Assembly: GCA_037447605.1 (NCBI GenBank)
Contig: CM074804.1
Coordinates: forward strand, 2,170,001-2,234,000
Length of the DNA stretch: 64,000 nucleotides
Direction of reading: 5' to 3'
Source: Zygnema circumcarinatum SAG 698-1b
Lineage: Eukaryota; Plantae; Zygnematophyceae
Shown: positions 1-14,092 of the stretch, piece by piece
Layout of the letters: each line of letters starts with the position of its first letter
Numbering within the stretch: the stretch's first letter is position 1
Notes under the pieces: generated by a model
Seen by the model: only the letters and a program-made list of their open reading frames with translations
Told to the model about the DNA's origin: nothing
The model's database searches: none
Made by a program: the position numbers and the translations under genes

Positions 1-209
1 GGCTTCACAGAGGCGCTCCTCCTCCCTGCCGACTCCTCGTCATCGGCTCTCGCTGCGCGAGGAGAGGGAGTGCTGCGCAGGCGCCTCCTCGTGCTCAGCG
101 CAAACCAGCTCGGCAGAGAGAGGGGGAGCGAGGTGGCAGAGCGAGGGGAAGTGGAGAAGGAAGGGGAGGAGCAGGGCCGCCACCGTGCGGAGCACACGAG
201 GGCAGCCAT
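1..209 (-). CDS. 5' end of an unidentified gene running off the window; probable chloroplast transit peptide
   Basis: Minus-strand ATG at 209 opens MAALVCSARWRPCSSPSFSTSPRSATSLPLSLPSWFALSTRRRLRSTPSPRAARADDEES..., which stays open to the window edge. It is Ser/Arg/Pro-rich with no acidic residue for about 55 aa. Confidence 0.6.
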   Translation of the reverse strand, partial: MAALVCSARWRPCSSPSFSTSPRSATSLPLSLPSWFALSTRRRLRSTPSPRAARADDEESAGRRSASVK

Positions 210-349
210 GGCCGCCGGTCTCTCGAAATAAGCAGCGAATGGCGCACGCCTTCGTGTAGCGACCCGCCAATTTTTCTTCGAACTCGGGATGCCGCAGCGA
301 TAGAGAGCGCAGGTGGCGAAGGAGGAGAAAGGAAGGAGCGCGGAGCGCC

Positions 350-3191
350 ATGGCTGCCGCGCGTGTCCTGCGGCTGCTCCTGGCGGCCATGGCTCTGGCC
401 CTGGCTCCCGTTCCTGTCTCGCTGCAGCGCTCAGCCGCTGCGGGGGAGCTCTCGGCCCTGTGTGAGAGCCTCGTGGCGGCAAGGGGCTACCACTGCGAGG
501 ACCGACGGGTGGGCTTGCTCGTCTGCCTGTGTCCCTCTGCTCAATTTACAACTTGCAATCTGCCCCTTCTCCTGTCTTCCTCCCCTGCTCCTCTTCTCGC
601 TCCGCCTCTTGGTTTCAACTCCTCTGTCCTTTCTCTGCTTCGTCCTTTTGCCACTTTCGCTGTTCCCCCTTTTCCTCTTGCCTTTTAGAGCTCTCGGGCA
701 GCGTGGCCGCCACAGGCCCTCTCATAGCCATCGTTTGTGCAGACGACCACTGCCGACGGCTACGTCCTCGCCTTGCAGCGCATATCTTCCTCGTCTGCGG
801 AGCTGCACGGCGGAGAGCTTCGCCCCCCTGTGCTGCTTCTGCACGGCCTAATGATGGTATCAGAATGCTTATTTTCTGCAATAGAATCTGCGGGTGTCAA
901 CAGTGGCATTTACTGTAATTATAAATAAATTTGCACAGCATTAGCTATAGCATCAAGAGCAATGTTCTCTAACAACAAAAACATTTATTATAGAAAGAAC
1001 AAAACAAGAAAAAATACAGAATTGGGTAAACTTGCTGTGGACTTGCAGCAATGCACAATTTGTGTTTATAGAAAAAAATCTCCTACTTGCACAAGACATA
1101 CTAGAATTCCGCACTAGGTGCAGCAGCAAAACTTCCTCTTAGAGCAAAACAAGCTCAGCCTTCCACACCGTCCCTTCCCACCACCACCTCCTGTTCTCGG
1201 CTTTGTGCCGGATACGCAAACTACTCTGCCTTTGTTTCGGAACAGTTGTGACCTTTCAGACTACGGACTCCTAGTGCAGTATGTGAACCCATTTTGGGAA
1301 ATAAGCAATGGGGCCGAGGGGAGATCAGGACGGGCCAGGGCGCAGAGACGTGGCTCCTGAACTCCCCCGCCCAGGCCCTTGCGCTCGTGCTCGCCGATGC
1401 GCCCTTCGATGTGTGGCTGGGCAATACTCGGGGCAGCCGTTGGAGTCACGGGCACATCACCCTGCCGCGTTCCGGCAAGGTATGTGCTCCTGCGTCTCAG
1501 CTATGTGCTGAGGGAGAAGACGCGTTGACTGCCGGGGAACCGCTGACAGTGCCCCCTTCCTGGGAACAGAAATACTGGGATTGGACTTGGGACGAGATTG
1601 CGAAATACGATCTTCCAGCCCTGCTGCTGCATGTCTCTGAAGCGAGCAAGCAGTCTCGAGTACTTTTTGTTGGCCACTCTCAGGTCCGTTCTCACCTTTG
1701 CCCCTAGAGGTGTTGCCATGTTGCATTAATGGTTGAGAGCTTGACGGGGCTATCTGCACCAGTCGTAAGGCGTGTTTTGCTTCACTATTACGAATGGTTT
1801 GATTTAAATTAAATGAATTAAATTTCAGTTCCTCCTACTGTACTGTGGCCTGTGAGCCAGCCTGCCAACGGTCAACGCGGTAGTGACTGGTGTGCAGGGC
1901 ACCATGGTAGCTCTGGCAGGAGCTATACAGCAGCCGTTAGTTGCTCACAGTGTGGCAGCTGCTGTCCTTCTCGCCCCCATAGCACACCTCGCACATGTCC
2001 GCTCTTCATTTGCGCATGCAGCATCAGAAGTTTTCCTAGACAAGGTGCACTTCGCAGCTCTTCGCGCCCCGGCGAGCGATATTTGAAATGTTAGAAGCAC
2101 CGGTATTTTCGCTGCACGAATTGATTGTCTCTTGAGCAGCGTTAGTTAGACCGGCTTATAATAAGCTACTTTGTCGGCAACATATGCAGGTGGCTCGCTC
2201 GGTAGGCCTGCAAGAATTCAACGTGCGCAAGTAGGCCTCAGTTCCTGCCGACAACCGAATTCTGTGGAATTTCTGCGTTCTTTGTACTTATTCGCAGGTT
2301 TTTCTTAAGTTTTATTTTTTTGCAGTGAATGTAGTGATTTTGCCAAAGGTCACATCCTACACCTCTCATAGATGCAGACGTCACTATTGCGTGCCACTCA
2401 CAGGCCCAGCTGCTTGTTTTTTGATGCAGTAAGCTTGGCCAAGCCGTAGTGGCGGCTGTATGTGTGAGAAGTACTGTGGATTGTTCGCATATGCTGGCTG
2501 CAATCACTGGTGAGCTTGCAGTATGGCTTTTTGTATGGAGCTTCACTGCTAAACAGACGGGCTGATGTCTCACTACACTGGACCAAGGCATACGCTTTTA
2601 AGCTGAACGGGAAAAAAAGGACGGATGTCTGCAGGAGATAACTGCTGTCTCAACCTTTCAAACGTACGTGAGTTCATGCCGTGGTTGCCATCATCCACGT
2701 CTGTCCGCAACATGGCGCACTACGCTCAGAGTAATGCCATTCTTTTGATCCCGGGTCAGAACGGGTTTTTTATGCTGTAGTCATTTGAGGAGGCATGGCC
2801 TACGCGGTTTTGCAGCTGTGGGAGGCAGGGCCTCGACTCTGACTGAATGCTTCTCTGTTTGGCAGTGATCCGCAGCGGGCAGTGGCGAAAGTATGACTAC
2901 GGTCCGCTGCTCAACCTGCTTCACTACGGCGCTGTAGTGCCCCCTCTTTACAACGCCTCACTCATTAGCAGGAGGTTCCCAGTCCTCGTGGCGTATGGAG
3001 GCCAAGACGAGCTGTCGGTCCCGGAGGATGTGGAGCAGCTCATGGCGGAGATGCAGGTGGAGTCAGAGGCGCTCTACCTGCCTGAATACGGCCATGTGGA
3101 CTTCGTTCTCAGCACGTCTGCCCGCCAAGACGTCTATCGCCGGGTTGTGGCGTTTCTTGTCAAGAGCTCGGAGGTTGTAGGCACAGCTTGA
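350..3191 (+). CDS. Triacylglycerol lipase, LIP1/LIP2 (lysosomal acid lipase-like, alpha/beta hydrolase), spliced
   Basis: Hydrophobic signal peptide followed by exons TADGYVLALQRI, PVLLLHGLMM, DVWLGNTRG, YWDWTWDEIAKYDLP, nucleophile motif GHSQ|G (split by an intron at about 1684), DNCCLN, KYDYG and YGGQDELS...YGHVDFV (Asp and His of the triad). TGA at 3189-3191. Confidence 0.92.
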
Positions 3192-3719
3192 TGTCGAGAG
3201 AAGGTTTTAGAGGCCCAAATGTTACACTGGCTGGGTGGGTCGATTGGGAGGTTGAGACTTTCGATAGCAAGAGGCAAGGCCTGGCAATCAGGGGCAACCA
3301 CCATTCAAACGTTTGTACGCCATTGGTGTGGGCAGAATGTCAACTTCGGCGAGGCCAACAGAAAATATGTCGGGATTCAGGAAGTCATCTCTCAGACAAG
3401 GGGCCATCGCATGCTGGAAAGCTTTCCTTAGATTACATGGACGTTTCTCTTACCATACTGCATAGATGAAAATCAGTATAGCTGTGAATGGCACCATTCC
3501 GGACTGGGTAGCTACGAATTGGGGTGCTTCAGTATATTCCCCCTTGTTTTGCCAACTACATTTTGTCTATAAACAATCAAAACATTGCCATCGTAGCCAA
3601 ACCGCATGCCCATGTGGCATCCACGAGCCATCCAGCTTCCATTTTCTGTGCGTCAGATGGTAAAAGGAAGGGATAAAGAGCACCTATGCTTAGTCAGGAA
3701 AGCGCCGAGGGCGACTTAC

Positions 3720-6700
3720 TTATCCCTGTGCCTCCGCTAGGACCTGAATGAGCCCACGAACTTGAAGGTACGGGTTTTCCAACAACTTCTCATTATTGCT
3801 CTGCATAACCGCACCAAAATAAATGGCCATCTCTCAAATTATACAATTCAAAATCAGCTGAGCACGAGTTTGAACTCATCATCCTCACACAACTCTAAAT
3901 TTGTCAGAGGACGATTGCTAAGACGCTCTTCTACTTTGGAATGAAAAAGCAGCATTTAACACCTTCAGAGATTCCAAACTTCTCAAGTTTTATTTAGTTC
4001 CTACCTTCACGCGATAAGTGTGATAATAATATTACGGAATGGGCTGGGTCTCACCTGCTGTGCTGTGAATACAAGTCGATGCAACGCTCTCTCATATTCA
4101 TCTGCCAGCTCGTTCATCATTTTCTGACAAAAGACGATTGTTTGACAAGCAAATTGTTGGAGTGCTCGAGTGTGTCCACTTCAAGGTAACGGATTTTTCT
4201 AAGGTTCTTTGTACTTGCTGAAACTGACGTACAATCCATCACATGGACTGTGGCTGGACAAAATCAAATCGAAGAATCTGGTAGACACTGTGTATCATAC
4301 ATTTTGATTTTGCAGGTCCAAGGCACACCATAAAGCAGCAATTATGTGATGCGCAAAGATATGATGCCGCTGTATTCCTTGGTGTACGCCCAAGACAGGA
4401 CGATCAGCAGTCTCTCAAAATGCAATGTGGTGACAAAAATGGGGAGTCCATACCTGAAGCAGAAAAGTACTACTGAAGTAAGCTATGCGCGCATCAGCAT
4501 CGTCCAGAAGAGACCTGTGAGGCACGTTTAACCAATAAAACCTAAGTCCAGCAAGTAAAGACTAATTTGCAATCGAAATTCAATATTCGAGAGTTTTTAG
4601 AAATTGAAGGTCTGGGAAAGGAAGCAGCTCGCACCAACAGGCCAATCTTGTTAGCACAAAAGAGTGAGGGGACAACACGATAACAGGGTAAAGCTTGCAT
4701 CAGCTTAAGAGAGTCCAAACATTTCAAGAGAAAAGAGACTGATTCTCTAATACTACAAACAAGCACACCTCGAGGAAGTACATAGTCCTAGACCAAGCAG
4801 GTTGCATTACGGGGACGTTTAATACCTGAAAAACTGAAGTCCTCCGAGCTCTGTAAGCACAGCCGGACTGTCTGTACACTTACCCACCAGCAGCAGCAGC
4901 ATTGCTGCTCGCACGTCTGCAGCACCACCAAACCCTCCTGCTCCATGGCTACCCACAGCAGTAGCCAGCAGCAATGGATCCCTCGGGTCCGGAGCCAATT
5001 GCACGAGGGGCCAACAGAGCAGTGCGGCAGGAATGTTTGCAAGGGCACGGCGAGAGGCCACCCATCGTCCAAGCAAGAAAAGACGAGCCACCGACGCATA
5101 CTCCTCCACTGCATGAGCTGCTCGGAGCTGCTCTGCCTCACGCAGACTACGGCTCTGCGAGAAGCGAGTTGGCCCCGGGCTAACAATCGGGCTCGCCAAG
5201 GCAACCACTTCTGCCGTTGGGAGTGCTCCAGGGACGCAAAGTTGAGAAAGAATCAGGCTGCATATCTGCCAGCATATCACCCAAAGCTATATTGTCAGGC
5301 CTGCTGTGCAGCATGTACACTTCTCAAGCGTTAGATATCTCATCAGCTCCGGTCCAGCTGAGCATAGCAAAGTATCCGTGCAGAAGCTAAAAGACTTGAG
5401 CAGTAATACACTGTTCAATCAAGAGCGTATTCAGGCAGTCAAGTAAAGGAGGTCAACAAGCCAAACGCTGCGAACTTATGGGAAAAAAAAAAATATCAGA
5501 CGCTTTCCAGTTAGCAGAACCAGATGCCAATGGGACTAACGCATAGAACAGGGCAGAATTTGGCCAGACCCAAACCTGCAGAACATTGATGCCTGCTGTC
5601 TCCTTGGCCATGAGAAGCTGCCAAAGTGATGAGCTTAGCAAGTTAATAAGCGAGTCCGCCCGTTCCTGTCGTGCCAATGGGCTCAAAGTTGGTCCCACTT
5701 CACCACAACGCAGCAGAAGAAGTCCTTCCAATACCACCAGATACCCCCGACGCACTACAGACGATCTTGAGCTGAGCAGGCCAATGGTTAACTGAACTGC
5801 TCGTGATGGTGGCTTGCCGCCCACATCGCTTCGTTCTATACCCGAACTACTATTACTACTTTCCCAAAACCCAACCCTTCCTACATCTGACACAGCTTGA
5901 CTTGAGTTTGCCGATGTGAGTCGTGGAGGTACGCCACTATCCAGCAGAGGAACAGAAGATGGTGGCATCGACAGCTCCGGCAGCTCAAGAGCAAGCAGTC
6001 GAAGAAGCCATGCATGCCCTATTTGACGATCCTCAGCTCGAGCAGAATGTAACAGGGCGTTCAGCAGCCCCCAGGCCGCTTCATCCTGCTGCTGTTCTCT
6101 TGATAGGGCGGAGGAGGCCATTGTAGCCGCCATGAAGGGCTCAAGTTCTGCCGGCACTCGAGTGTGCTCATCAGCAAGATGATCAAGGACCTCCATCACT
6201 TTATTGAAAAGCTGCCACCCATGCCAACCAACTCCCTCAAAGTAAGGCCACGTTTGTCCTTTAAAGGGAATACGAGACAGTAGCTACATGTAAGAGAAAC
6301 TGCGGAAGCACATGCATCACCTCCTCGGACCCCGTTGCTGCAGCGAAGGCATTGACCGAGGCTATAACATAGGAAAGTAGCCATCAATACTGCAAGGCGG
6401 TTGTTAATTGAGGAAAACAAGAGCAAAAGGTCTCTCATACACGTCGAATAACAGACTTGTGACTCAACTTTAACGAAACAAAAACGACCATGACCGCCAT
6501 AGTAGAACGTTCCCCTATGAGGGTTCGCGCCCTCGACAGAGGATGACCCACTGCTATTCTAATACGTCCCTCAGTTAGAGAAGACACTCCCAGCAGGACA
6601 AAGAATTTTCAAAGTTCCACACCAGAGTGGCCTTCAACCAATCAGCCACCAGGTGCACAAGCGAAATCTCGTCACAAATACCCAGTTAAAATCAGGGTAG

Positions 6701-9700
6701 TCCTATCTTGCACTCATGAATCACGGAGGCTGTTTCAAGTCATGTCATCTTCATACTCCGAGCATCATAGCAACCATATGCCAAAACAATGGTTCGTTTC
6801 TGCTTTCCATCTACCTTCAACCGAGGGTAAAAAGGCGCAACCATTCCACTTTCTTACCCGCTATGGCGCATCTCCTGAAAATGAAGTATAAATCAAATCT
6901 TGTTCTCAACTCATCATCTCCTCTCCTCACATGGCATTCATCATCTCATCGTTCACAACCCACAACTGTTTATTGGATCAATGACAGGACAGCTGACCTC
7001 ACGTATATGTAACTGAGCCACTTGGATGCAGAAGAAGAAAAAAAGAACACAGAAGAAACAACAGAAGACGAAGTGATCAGACTACTGCTCGCAAAGCTCA
7101 TACCTCCATCTGCACTCGGTCCCGCAAATGTCGTGAAGGGGCCCTCGTGATCTCTGCTGCCAAGCCGGCTCCCATTGGCCGAACGGGCAGGTCAGAAACC
7201 TTGAACGCAGTTACCAACAATTCCTGCGCATCTATCGAGGCCAATGCGGCTCCAACACAGGCTAAATCATCATCCTGCATGCCCCATCATAATCTCTGTG
7301 AGTGTTTTGCAACCAAAACGACTTCTTTGTCTGCTTCTATGAATTTGGATGTAGAATGGGTAGGTAGACTCAGTAAGCATGTGAAAAGGCATCACCACAT
7401 GTGCCATCGTAAACAATGCAGCATCTGCAGCCATGCGAATGTCGCACTTTGCGGTACTTGCTCTGATTGCTATAGAAGGAAAACGTCCAGCTCAAGACAT
7501 GTTTATGCCAAGGAACACAATCAACCTTGCAAAATCAGCAAAGAATTCACTCACTGCAGGTGGCGACGTCCCAGCTTTGAGTGCAGACAGCCGCAGCTGC
7601 TCTATGGCATAGTCGAGAAGTACAGCAAACAAATTCCGCCTTGCCTCTCCACTTGAGGAAGCAGCAAACTGCACAACAGACAAGGCAGAAAGAGCAAAAT
7701 AAAAAGTTAAAGCTCATAGCAAACAAGCTAATGCAAGTCAAATCGCATGCTTATTTTTCACATGTTTACTTCAGAGAGGGATGCTGTCCCTAAAGTCCCA
7801 AGAATACTCATCAGCAAATCAGGGATACTTGCTTGTAGAACTATGCTAATCCAGCTTACATTCCACCAGAAAGATATTTTTTCCCAAGTATAACTGCGGA
7901 CTTTAGAAGAGACAAACGAAAGAAAAGTCCAGAAGAAAAAACATCTCGAAGTTGATCATCTAATTTCTCACCGTCTACATGAGAGAAGTTGCAATAGGTC
8001 AGTGACTCTATAGGTCAACCAGAAAGAAAAATGCCATCAGAACTGCCGAGTCTGCTGGCTGATCACTTAAAACCAACCCAAGTCATCTGGAAGAACACCA
8101 TTGAAGAGTTCTGAGAGGGCCTATGATAGGCTGCTGGTAGAAGACAGGAAGAAAAGGACCCCATTCCTTCAGCACACCTTTCAACTAAAAAGTTCAGGCC
8201 AAGCAGCCCTTGGGTCTCTAAACAGTTGAATCCACCCGCTTTTATCAGTTTAAAGTTGCCGCCCCTGAGGGCTACCACATGGCTCTTTAAATGATGGAAA
8301 AATCGGCACTTGCAGAAAGCCAGTCGAAGGCAATGGAGTACAGATTGAACATTTGTTCAGCATGAAGTACTAAAGGAGATATGAACATCAAAAGCCATTT
8401 GACGCAAAAATCAACAAAAGCGAATTTAACCCTGATTCTCATGATATGAAAAAATTGTCATCATCTAAATGTGAGCAAAGAGCTGGTGTCTACACGCAAT
8501 AAACTCTACAAATTCTGAGTGAGTGAGAAGGCAAACTTCCAGTTGATGCACCTGTGCACAAATATAATGGACACCTCCAAGCCTCTCCAGCTGCCGAAGG
8601 TCGATCTCTCCTCTTGGATAGGCACTGCTGGTCGGTCCGGAATACAGCGAGGAGGTCAGCAGCCGAGTAAGGTGTGTCTGTAGCCCCTCCGCCCACCCGT
8701 GCTGCACTCCCACTGCCAGCAGGGCTTCAATCACCTGTCAACAAACGTTGGGCCCACAACACAGTCACTACCTCCCAATTAGTCGTTTTTGAAGATAAGA
8801 CTGCTGCTCTTCCCAATGGAAAAGGAAAAGCTCCCCTTTCCTAACCTTTCCAAGAAGAGTGCAAGATTAGGACCTACCTTAAGCATGATCCGGGCGATTT
8901 TCTAAAATGCAAACAGCTTCTAATCCAGTGCTTGCAGGTTGAGGAAAACAAGAAGTGTTCTGCCGCACCCGGATGTCAAGCTGCATAAGATGAGCTCGAA
9001 GTACTCGACCGTGGTCACAAGTGAAGTATAACAGACTGCTTAATGCTGCCGACCACACCTGCTCCGATTTTTCTTCAATCTGGCATGCACTCACAAACGC
9101 GATGCCTAACGTCACTATTATAATAAAAGTCCATTCCGGTCAACAACAAAAGTACAATGAAAACATCCAGTCACAAACCGGCGCTTTGAATATTCCAAAG
9201 CAAACGAGAGTTTAAGACTATTTGTAAAAATATGCCTGTTCCAGAGCTTTGTTCGTTCCTGTGACTTTCTGGGTTGGGAAGTGAATGCTTCATCGACAAA
9301 TGGGTTATCTGATTGCTAGAATATATTCACTTGCATGCAATAGACTCCACGTCTTACGCACGCCAGGAATCACAGACACAAGTGTGGGCCGTACCGGCCA
9401 CACCCGTTATGACAACCCCAAAATCCAAAGACCAATAGCCCCACCCATAAGCCCAAAATGCCCGACCTGCAATAGAAAGAGCAGCATCTCGCAGACAATG
9501 CCCCGCAGCCACTCTTCAAACGCTCTGTGTGCGGGCGCCATGTCCGAGCCGAGTCCTGCCCCGTCCTGCTGGTCGTGCTTGCCCCCACCCCCGAGGCTGT
9601 GAAATGAGAGGGCCTCGTCCGCAGTGACGGGCTCCAATAGATGCGCATGCACTCCAAGGTTGAGCACAAGGTCAAACGCTCGGACTCGCACAGCGGTGGT

Positions 9701-12700
9701 GTTGCATTCGAGCAGGCTCTGCACATAGGAGCCAAGTTTCACCGTTTCAAAGAGGCATCCCCGTCATTTAACTTTCCAAATGAGAAGCCGGATAAGCGTT
9801 AGTTAAGTGATTTTCAGGTGACGATGGAGGTAAGAGTGGAGGCCGCTAGATGACGTCTGCATGAGGGGATCAACCATACGCTGCCACTGCAAGAGACGAG
9901 GAGCGAGAATGTCCCCAGAAAACCACAGGAAAAGGAAGACTGATGGCATCCATACGAATAGGAGGGCCAGAGAAGAAAGCACCTGCAAAAGAGAGAATGC
10001 CAATGGTGTGGCAGAAACTGGGTCCGCCAAATACCTGCAGAATACAGGTCGCCTTTATGAGGACCATGTTCAATGCAATGTTCAAGAAAGCGAATGAAAA
10101 GTAGATGAATCAGTACAACAAAAGATCTTTATAATTCGAAACAAGAAGTGGAACATTTGGAAAAATCCAAAATCGATTGAATACATCAAGTTAAACGCTA
10201 TAAAGGCAATAGCGAACAGTTTCTGGTAGTCTGTGCAAATTGTTCTATACAGTGTGCTTTGTGTTTCTCATGGTCTTACTGCAAGCTCACTCAAACTGTT
10301 CATGTTTCCCTTAATTATCCCACGGCCCGCTCTGAATTTTTTTTCGGCTGTCTTTCGACAGACCCAACTCGAGCGGTTACTGTAGATCCGAACAGCAAAG
10401 GTTCGTGTACAGAACATTGCGCACTACTGCTGACAGTAAACAAACCCGTGTTGAAGTTGGCTCCTGTGACCTCTACTATATGTTCTGAACAATTACGGCA
10501 CAATCTCGTTTATCAAAAGAGAAGAAATGAACACGCTAAAAAGGTAAAAGAATTACCTACATATCAACAAGCAGCTTGATTAAAACGCTTGCCGCTATGT
10601 CCCCAGGATCAGGCTGCATTGTGGGATGGCCCGCGGTGTGCCCGTGAGGCCATGGCCCGCGCCCTTGGGCAGCGCTTTGGGCCGAGACATCGCCGACCAT
10701 CGGACTGCTCTCCATGCTGCATACGGCTGCCACCAGCTCCTTCATATCCGCTTCACTCAGTCTCAGGGGCTGCTGTTCGCTGAAAACAGACCATACGAGT
10801 GTATCAACAACACCTATCGACACGCTATTCAAATTTTGACTCCTACTGGCAGAGTGGATTCGGTTCTGGAGCAGTTCTTTCAGGTTATTCGATTAATTTT
10901 ACTTCTACCATGCATATACTATAATTTCAAACGAGATCAGTTGCGACCGCCGCTTACAAAGTCAGTTGGATCCTCAAACAGCCACCTCCTGCTAGGCGTG
11001 TTCTTTGTTTAGTGTGAAACACTTGTTTTGCTAAAAGACAGTGCTAGTGCAGAGCATGCCGAAAGTTCCTTAACAGAAGAGCATCATCGGCAAAGATTTG
11101 ACTGACAGTCAAATGCACGTTCAGCCTCAGCTGTTTGCACCGTAAACCAATATCTATGTCATACCCGTTTCTAGGCTAAAATATACTCCACCATTTGCAA
11201 ACACGCCAAGGTTCAATTCCTCTGTGGCTCTTCCTACACATTCCCTGAAATAGGAAAAAAAATTGCCCTGTTCAACAAAGTAGACCACAACACCTATTAC
11301 ACCATGCGTTTGCTACTTCGTCCTATCCAGCAATGCCGAGTCCACTTGCTTTTGATATTGCTTTTGCCTGTCGTCACACCGCAGGTCGTAGAAACATACC
11401 GATAGTAGCGATACTGAAAAAGCGGACGCTGCATTCGCCTTCGAAGTGTGTTCTGACCCGCTTCCCCATCCCTGCAACAACAAACGTTCCTTCGCCGATT
11501 CTGTTGGCACAAAAGCTTCCACTTGAGTGCGTAACGCCAATACCACCAATTGAAATCTTGTACTATCTTAGCACTGCTGGTAATCCGAGAGATAACAAAT
11601 CGCAGACACAACTTAAAAATAAGCTCATGGTAAAAAAATGGTACATTTTTATATCAACTAAGGAAAAAAGGGAGATCCATGAAAATGCATAGTTGTCATG
11701 AAAATGTGGAGCATACAGTCTAGGGATTAAGACTGACCTCCACGAGAACACATCATTCCGAGTCCGTTTGCTTGCTGCAATGTTCCGTAAATGGCTACGG
11801 GCAAGTACAACGTCGGTCACGCCAGTAACACTATCACAATGTAGCACTTGCCCAGCTTGCTCCTGCAGGCGTGCAGGCACGCCAAGGAGCAATGAGGCAG
11901 CGCTACAATATCCAGGTGTGAACTTTGAAAGGTTTGAGCGATTACTGCTTCGGCTGCGAGCATTATCCATCAGAACCCAATCATGAACCATTAGTTCACG
12001 AAAATTAGAAGCTCTTGGATATGTCCAACAAACCTCAGCCATTACCTGACCTCAGCGACTTCAGCAACGAATGAATTTTGCAAGTTAAAAGTTTCCATTG
12101 TTTTTCACCTGTCCAACAAGCGGGAATCGGGAGCCCAAGTTTGGAGTCCAGCAAGCCAACGTGCTTTCAGAAGGTCTGGCAATACATAGCTGTCGGGGTT
12201 ATCTGGAAGCTGAATAAGCCGGGCCATTGCATGGGTGGTGGCATGCACATCCTCCCAGTCGGCAGCGTGACTTCCCGGACTTCCCCTTTTCAATGCCCAG
12301 GCAGAAGTGTTCCCATCTGCAGCACTCCGTGGAGAATCACGTGGCAGAACAGCAATTGCGTGATCCGTCGGTAACGGCAAAGCATCTGCGGGGAGGTGAC
12401 GTGCCACTACTGCACGCACATACTGAAGGGATTTGAGCAAAGATGCCGAAGCCTCTGCTGAAGGTCCAGCTCCAGGCAATGTGCGCATATTGCCTGCGGG
12501 AGGTAGACTCCAAGGCCTGGAAACAGCCGCCTTATGCTCTGCAATAAACTCTATGCAGAAAGCATCGATCTGCTGCAGCATTCCGACACTCGGATAATAT
12601 CTGTGAAGGCAAGGTCGTTACAAAATCCCCATGACACATACACGATCAGTTAGTGACACCTTATCCATATGGTCGTCTATAAATCGACCAGACGGTTGCG

Positions 12701-13811
12701 TACATACAATACGTCCATGCTTTTAAAGCTAAACAAGGAGGGGTGCCAACCGAAGCCTTCCATCCAATTATCCATTTCAATGCCTTTTGTGCCTCCAAGA
12801 CCTACCTATATTACGACAAAATCATTTGAAAACACCAACGATCTTTCAAAAGAAGTAAGAACATACCTGAAAAGATATTTTTTCAATAGAGCGACACTCT
12901 TTACAAGCACAGGCGGACTGCAATACCCCAGGGATGACACATAAAGGCCATTAGTGCGTGTTTCTTCAAGACAACATAATATAACGTGCATAAACGCAAA
13001 AATGCAAACTCAATGAACAATGCAGTAATGAAATCGATGGCGTTTACATGACTGATAGCATATTTCTGAACGACTCGATGGAATGTACCGTCACATGAGA
13101 ATGAACGTAAAGAATCAAGAACTCTGCAATTGAAACGAAAGTCATGATAATGCCTACGTCAAAAGCAATTGGAAAAAATCCAGCATCCTGGAGAGCGGGA
13201 AAAACAGACGACAGAACGCATCTATTCCATGCGCCTCTGGACACGAAACAACGTGCAGGACATGTAGCAGAAGGAGCAGGAATCCATGAAAAGAGGAGCG
13301 GCACCTGCGGGCCTGCTCAGCTCGGGCATGATCCAGCAACAAGCTGTAAGCCAAATCTATAGTTGTTTCATTCCCCAAATAGTCCTACAAATGCAAGGGA
13401 ACAAACAGTTACAACCAGTGAGCGTCCAAGCAAAGGTTTCGCTCGTTACCAATTAATGGACTCTCCATGAAATTCACCAGATAGGATTGATATGCAGACT
13501 TAGACAGGTCAGTGACTTATAACACTAATTGCTCGTATTAGAGCAACGAAGTCTGTCATGCAAAAAACGACAGGCAATCATCGGCAACGACTCAAAACAT
13601 CTTAATTGCTGTAACAAGGAGGCACCTCTAGCGTCCGTGACGGGTCGCAAACAAGGTTGCTAATCTGAACGTGTGGCTGCGTGCACTCGGCGATGGCCCT
13701 TCGCAGAGGCTCTGGTCCTTTGCCTTTGCCCCTTTGATCCCTTCTCTCAACTGTTGAGCCTCGAAGCATGCCCTTTGCTTGTTTGCCCTTCCTCGAGCCT
13801 GCTTCGGCCAT
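3720..13811 (-). CDS. Large conserved uncharacterised plant protein (Arabidopsis AT3G12590-like), many exons
   Basis: Exon peptides match that family as I recall it: GPEPLRRAIAEC, IDLAYSLLLDH, VALLKKYLFRY, ARSHLRNIAASKRTR, RPLFQYRYY|SEQQPLRL, VRVRAFDLVLNLGVHAHLL, LLDDADARIAYFSSTFLL, and terminal SNNEKLLENPYLQVRGLIQVLAEAQG* (TAA 3722-3720). The start at 13811 is inferred; not every internal exon boundary was traced. Confidence 0.85.
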
Positions 13812-14020
13812 GCTGGCAGAAGCGAGAATGCGAAATCTCACTACGGTTTTCAACTGCTGCTCCTCCACACGCTCTGTACCGGCCCTTGACCGCTGTAAGA
13901 CCGTTCTCCCATTCGTCACGGTTTCTCATCCGCCATCACTGCCCTCTGCAAGCCCGCTCAGCAGTTCCAGCAATGGCGCCATGGCTGATGGCTGTGTGTG
14001 TGCGAGGGCGGACGATAGAG

Positions 14021-14092
14021 CTAGGGTGAGCATTAGGGTTAGGGTTAGGATGAGAATTAGGGTTAGGGTTAGGGTTAGAATTAGGGTTTGGG
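14021..14092 (+). repeat. Degenerate interstitial telomere-like array (TTAGGG)n, including one telo-box (TAGGGTTT)
   Basis: 12 hexamers in register, 6 of them perfect TTAGGG, the rest CTAGGG/TGAGCA/TTAGGA/TGAGAA/TTAGAA/TTTGGG. TAGGGTTT at 14082-14089. Confidence 0.9.

Noticed and set aside
3473-3491. 18/19-nt match TCAGTATAGCTGTG(A/G)ATGG shared with 16360-16378
   Set aside because: A rough estimate gives about 0.4 such matches by chance in 64 kb, and neither copy has a convincing inverted partner or TSD.
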